In this document: piece by piece, positions 26,256 through 31,061 of the stretch
Numbering within the stretch: the stretch's first letter is position 1
Layout: each line of letters starts with the position of its first letter
The notes under the pieces: generated by a model
The model's database searches: none
The model's input: the letters and a program-made list of their open reading frames with translations, nothing else
What the model was told of the DNA's origin: nothing
Translations under genes and position numbers: made by a program
Source of the DNA: Geobacteraceae bacterium
GTDB lineage: Bacteria; Desulfobacterota; Desulfuromonadia; Geobacterales; Geobacteraceae
Reading direction: 5' to 3'
Assembly: GCA_035490915.1 (NCBI GenBank)
Contig: DATJLB010000066.1
Coordinates: 1-31,061, forward strand
Length of the DNA stretch: 31,061 nt

Positions 26256-27081
26256 GAAAACCGGCCTGGGCAGAGGCATGGCGGCCCTCCTGTCGGCCGC
26301 CGACGACGAAGGGCAGAGTTATTTCATCTGTCCCATCGAAGAGATCAGACCGAACCGGAGTCAGCCGCGCAAAACGTTTTCCAATGAGAAACTGGATGAA
26401 CTGGCGGGCTCGATCCGTGAAAAGGGGATCATTCAGCCGCTTGTGGTCCGGAAGAAGGCTGACCACTACGAGCTGATCGCCGGCGAGAGGCGCTGGCGCG
26501 CCGCCCAGAAGGCGGGCCTGCGGGAAGTGCCGGTTGTCATCCAGGACGTCTCGGACGGCACCGCCCTGGAGATGGCTCTCATCGAAAACATCCAGCGGGA
26601 GGACCTGAATGCCGTGGAGGAAGCCGAGGCGTACCAGGCGCTGATGGACAACTTCTCCCTTTCCCAGGAGGAGCTCGCCAAGAGGGTCGGCAAGGAGCGC
26701 TCGACGGTCGCCAATTCCCTGCGGCTGTTGCGGCTACCCGCCGACATCAAGCGGGACGTGACCGAGGACCGCCTTTCCATGGGGCACGCGCGGGCGCTTC
26801 TGGCGTTCGACACCCAGGAGCAGATGAAAACGGCGCGGGACGAGATCATCAAGGGCCAGCTGACGGTACGCCAGGCGGAAGGGCTGGTGAAAAAGCTGAA
26901 GGCGAACCGGGTTCCGAAGGTGAAGAAGCAGGATCCCCACCTGGCGGATGTCGTGGAGCAAATGAAGAGGCACTTCAAGGCCAAGGTGGCGCTCAGGCAG
27001 GCCGGGCGCGGCGGCAGGATCGAGATCAGTTTTGCTTCCATGGAGGAGCTGACCCGGATCATCGAGCTCTTCAACCTGTAG
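26248..27081 (+). CDS. parB: Chromosome partitioning protein ParB/Spo0J
   Basis: GLGRGMAALL, QPRKTF, LIAGERRWRAA, ALIENIQREDLN, HTH region; overlaps the parA stop. Confidence 0.97.
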   Translation: MVKKTGLGRGMAALLSAADDEGQSYFICPIEEIRPNRSQPRKTFSNEKLDELAGSIREKGIIQPLVVRKKADHYELIAGERRWRAAQKAGLREVPVVIQDVSDGTALEMALIENIQREDLNAVEEAEAYQALMDNFSLSQEELAKRVGKERSTVANSLRLLRLPADIKRDVTEDRLSMGHARALLAFDTQEQMKTARDEIIKGQLTVRQAEGLVKKLKANRVPKVKKQDPHLADVVEQMKRHFKAKVALRQAGRGGRIEISFASMEELTRIIELFNL

Positions 27082-27121
27082 GGTGGCGCGGACGATAATT
27101 TCGCTGCGCCCATGAAATTTC

Positions 27122-27150
27122 TTGACATGCACCGTGGCTTATGGTAGCTA
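27122..27150 (+). promoter_or_regulatory. Candidate promoter for the atp genes
   Basis: Perfect TTGACA (27122-27127), 17 bp, imperfect -10 TAGCTA with extended TG. Confidence 0.4.
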
Positions 27151-27212
27151 TCGCATGTTTTGGGCACACGATAATCGTATACAGTATACTAAGTTAGCTT
27201 TGAGGTGGCAGG

Positions 27213-27638
27213 GTGATTAATTTAGATTTTGCCTTTGTGGTCCAGTTGGTCAATTTCCTGGTCCTGATTCTGATCCTGAACGTCTTTCTGTACAAGCCGA
27301 TCCGGAAAGTTCTGGCCGACAGGGCGGCTCAGATAAGCGGGGCAAAGGCGAGGGCGGCCGAGGTGGACGAAGATGTTCAGGAAAAGGTTGCCCTCTATGA
27401 AACCAGGCTGCGCGAGGTGAAAGCGAAGGTGGCCGAAGAAAGAGCCGCCATGATCAAGGCTGCGCAGGCTGAAGAGGCCGCGCTGGTCGAGAAGGCGCGC
27501 GCGGAGGCCGCCGACTCTCTGGCCGGCATCAAGAACAGGGTGGCCAAGGAGGCCGCCGGCGCCAAGGAGCTTCTAGCGGAACAGGCGCGGGCTTTGTCTC
27601 TGGAGATTTGCGAGAAGGTTCTTGGAAGGAGTCTGTAA
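27213..27638 (+). CDS. atpX: ATP synthase F0 subunit b' (nomenclature varies: atpX/atpF2)
   Basis: QLVNFLVLILILNVFLYKPIRKVL, then Ala/Glu/Lys coiled coil; GTG start with GAGGT SD. Confidence 0.92.
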   Translation: MINLDFAFVVQLVNFLVLILILNVFLYKPIRKVLADRAAQISGAKARAAEVDEDVQEKVALYETRLREVKAKVAEERAAMIKAAQAEEAALVEKARAEAADSLAGIKNRVAKEAAGAKELLAEQARALSLEICEKVLGRSL

Positions 27639-27639
27639 G

Positions 27640-28260
27640 ATGAAACACTCTTCCCGGCACAACGGGTTGCGTACCTCTGTCGTGACAACTGCGGCTGTCT
27701 GCCTGCTCCTTCTGGGGCTGGCCGCGGCAGGTTTTGCCGCCGAGGGGGGCGAGGGTGCCCACCACGTGGATACGGCAAAGCAGATGAAGGACTTCGGTTG
27801 GCGCGTGCTCGACTTCGCGGTCCTCTTTGCCCTTATCGTCTGGGCACTGAAGAAGGCCAATGTCAAAGGCTCGCTTGCGGACCGCCAGGCGGCCATCGAC
27901 AAGGCACTGCGTGAGGCGGAGGAGGCAAAGGCCGCCGCGGAGAAGAAATTCGCCGAGTATAGCGCAAAGCTGGCTGCCGCCAACAAGGAAATCGATGAGA
28001 TTTCCGCAGCCATCAGGACCGAGGGTGAGGCGGAAAAGGCGCGGATCATCGCCGAGGCGAAGGCAACCGCCGAAAAGATCGCCGAGCAGGCGAAGCAGGC
28101 CGCCAGCCAGGAAGTGCTGAAGGCGCGGGCGGAGCTCCGCAGGGAAGCGGCACGGCTCGCGGTGGAGCTTGCCGAGCAGAACATCAAAGAGAAAATCCAG
28201 AAGGATGACCAGGATCGCCTGGTTGGCGAATATCTTACCAAGGTGGTGGAGTTACATTGA
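27640..28260 (+). CDS. atpF: ATP synthase F0 subunit b
   Basis: [18 protein letters not shown] plus coiled coil ending RLVGEYL; between b' and delta. Confidence 0.93.
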   Translation: MKHSSRHNGLRTSVVTTAAVCLLLLGLAAAGFAAEGGEGAHHVDTAKQMKDFGWRVLDFAVLFALIVWALKKANVKGSLADRQAAIDKALREAEEAKAAAEKKFAEYSAKLAAANKEIDEISAAIRTEGEAEKARIIAEAKATAEKIAEQAKQAASQEVLKARAELRREAARLAVELAEQNIKEKIQKDDQDRLVGEYLTKVVELH

Positions 28261-28799
28261 TCACGAACGCTATCGCACGACGCTACGCCAAGGCCCTCGT
28301 CCAGCTAGGCGCTGAAGAAGGGGCGGTGGAGCGGTTTAATTCGGAGCTGGCGGCATTCACCGCCACCCTCGCGGACAACCCTCCCCTCAACGCGCTCTTC
28401 AAGAGCCCTGCCTACGGCATCGAGGCCAAGCGGGAAATCCTCAAGGACCTGATCGGCAGGCTTGCCCTCTCCGGCACCAGCGCCAATTTCCTTCAGCTTC
28501 TCCTGGACAAGAGCAGGCTCGGCTTACTTCCCGAGATTGCCGAATGCTACAGCGGCTTCGCCGACGAACTTTCCGGCGTGATCCGGCCTACCCTCGCCTC
28601 AGGCCTTCCGCTCGACGAGAAGCAGGTCGAGGAGATCAGGCTGGCGCTGGAAAAATCGACCGGCAAAAAGGTAGTCCTTAAGGTGGATGTAGATCCCTCC
28701 CTGATCGGCGGGGTCGTTACCAAGATAGGCGACAAGCTGTTTGACGGTAGCGTGAGAACCCAGTTAGACAAAATCGAAGATATATTACAGAAGGGGTAA
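28257..28799 (+). CDS. atpH: ATP synthase F1 subunit delta
   Basis: IARRYAKAL...[22 protein letters not shown]; TTG start overlapping the atpF stop. Confidence 0.96.
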   Translation: MITNAIARRYAKALVQLGAEEGAVERFNSELAAFTATLADNPPLNALFKSPAYGIEAKREILKDLIGRLALSGTSANFLQLLLDKSRLGLLPEIAECYSGFADELSGVIRPTLASGLPLDEKQVEEIRLALEKSTGKKVVLKVDVDPSLIGGVVTKIGDKLFDGSVRTQLDKIEDILQKG

Positions 28800-28807
28800 A
28801 CGTTTCT

Positions 28808-30316
<1,509 letters not shown>

Positions 30317-30334
30317 TCCAAGGACGGACAACGT

Positions 30335-31061
30335 ATGGCAAGCCTGAAGAGCATCAAGAAACGGATCGTTTCCGTTAAGAATACCCGCCAGATTACCAAG
30401 GCGATGAAGATGGTGTCGGCCGCGAAGCTGCGCCGCGCCCAGGAAAACGTCGTCGCTGCCCGCCCGTACGCCAAGAAGCTTGGCGAAGTCCTGCAGCGCC
30501 TGGCGCAGAGCCAGGAGGGGGAAGGGCATCCGCTTCTGGAAAAGAGGGCGTCGGAAAAGGCGCTGGTGATCCTGGTGACATCGGACCGTGGCCTCTGCGG
30601 CGGGTTCAACGCGAACATCTCGAAAGCCGCCGAGCGCTTCATCAGGGAGCGGAAGGGGGATTTCGAGGAGATAACGCTCCTCACCATCGGCCGCAAGGGG
30701 TACGAGTTCCTGAAGAACCGGCAGACCGTCAGGAAGAACTACGCCGGCGTCCTGTCCGCCCTGAACTACCAGACCGCCGCCATGATCGCCCAAGAGGTGA
30801 TCGCCGGGTACCTGGCGGGGGACTACGATCAGGTCTTTCTCTTCTACAACGCGTTCCGCAGCGTGATGTCCCAGGACATCACGCTTCAGCAACTCCTCCC
30901 GATCACCCCCCCGGAGACCGCCGCGGCGGAGGAGGAGACCGCCCCCGAGTACATCTACGAGCCGTCCAAGGGGGAGCTCCTCGCCGAGCTCCTTCCGAAG
31001 TACGTCGAAGTGACCATGTTCAAGGCGATGCTGGAGTCGGTCGCCTCCGAGCATGGTGCCC
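30335..31061 (+). CDS. atpG: ATP synthase F1 subunit gamma, partial (runs off the right edge; absent from the ORF track)
   Basis: Manual translation from ATG 30335: [36 protein letters not shown]...[11 protein letters not shown]...YIYEP...ESVASEHGA. Confidence 0.97.
   Translation, partial: MASLKSIKKRIVSVKNTRQITKAMKMVSAAKLRRAQENVVAARPYAKKLGEVLQRLAQSQEGEGHPLLEKRASEKALVILVTSDRGLCGGFNANISKAAERFIRERKGDFEEITLLTIGRKGYEFLKNRQTVRKNYAGVLSALNYQTAAMIAQEVIAGYLAGDYDQVFLFYNAFRSVMSQDITLQQLLPITPPETAAAEEETAPEYIYEPSKGELLAELLPKYVEVTMFKAMLESVASEHGA

Noticed and set aside
25240-27212. parS sites or oriC near parAB
   Set aside because: No TGTTTCACGTGAAACA-like palindrome or DnaA-box cluster spotted by eye; a motif scan would settle it.

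Overview
GC-rich bacterial chromosomal window. Gene content (heme-c CXXCH proteins, PAS proteins, DUF507 pair, split atp operon behind parAB, intergenic palindromes) points to a Geobacteraceae/Desulfuromonadales-type organism (inference). Most of it is housekeeping: a D-aminoacylase running off the left edge (absent from the ORF track), a DUF3187-like outer-membrane protein, PBP1A, HU, a DUF4403-like lipoprotein, an AsmA-like protein, thioesterase-PAS-GT2, YeeE/YedE plus a TusA-like protein, ileS-lspA, groES-groEL with a perfect CIRCE, two DUF507-like genes, DAHP synthase, a 6S RNA, a heme-c/HAMP/PAS sensor with no output domain, a small triheme cytochrome c, parA-parB and atpF'-F-H-A-G (partial). 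I saw no tRNA, rRNA, CRISPR array, transposase or prophage gene. No clearly new multi-gene system is demonstrable from sequence alone. The best leads are: (i) a 6S RNA outside its usual zapA/ygfA context (possible second copy); (ii) a ~157-nt structured leader with a uORF ahead of yeeE-tusA, whose two ORFs are in frame and separated by one TGA; (iii) a three-copy palindromic repeat family always within 10 nt of a stop codon, plus two other palindrome types, one nested; (iv) a possible redox module: FNR-type box at -41.5, triheme cytochrome, output-less heme-c sensor. Domain names come from recognition of the translated sequence, not from database searches; start codons were chosen by eye using SD position.
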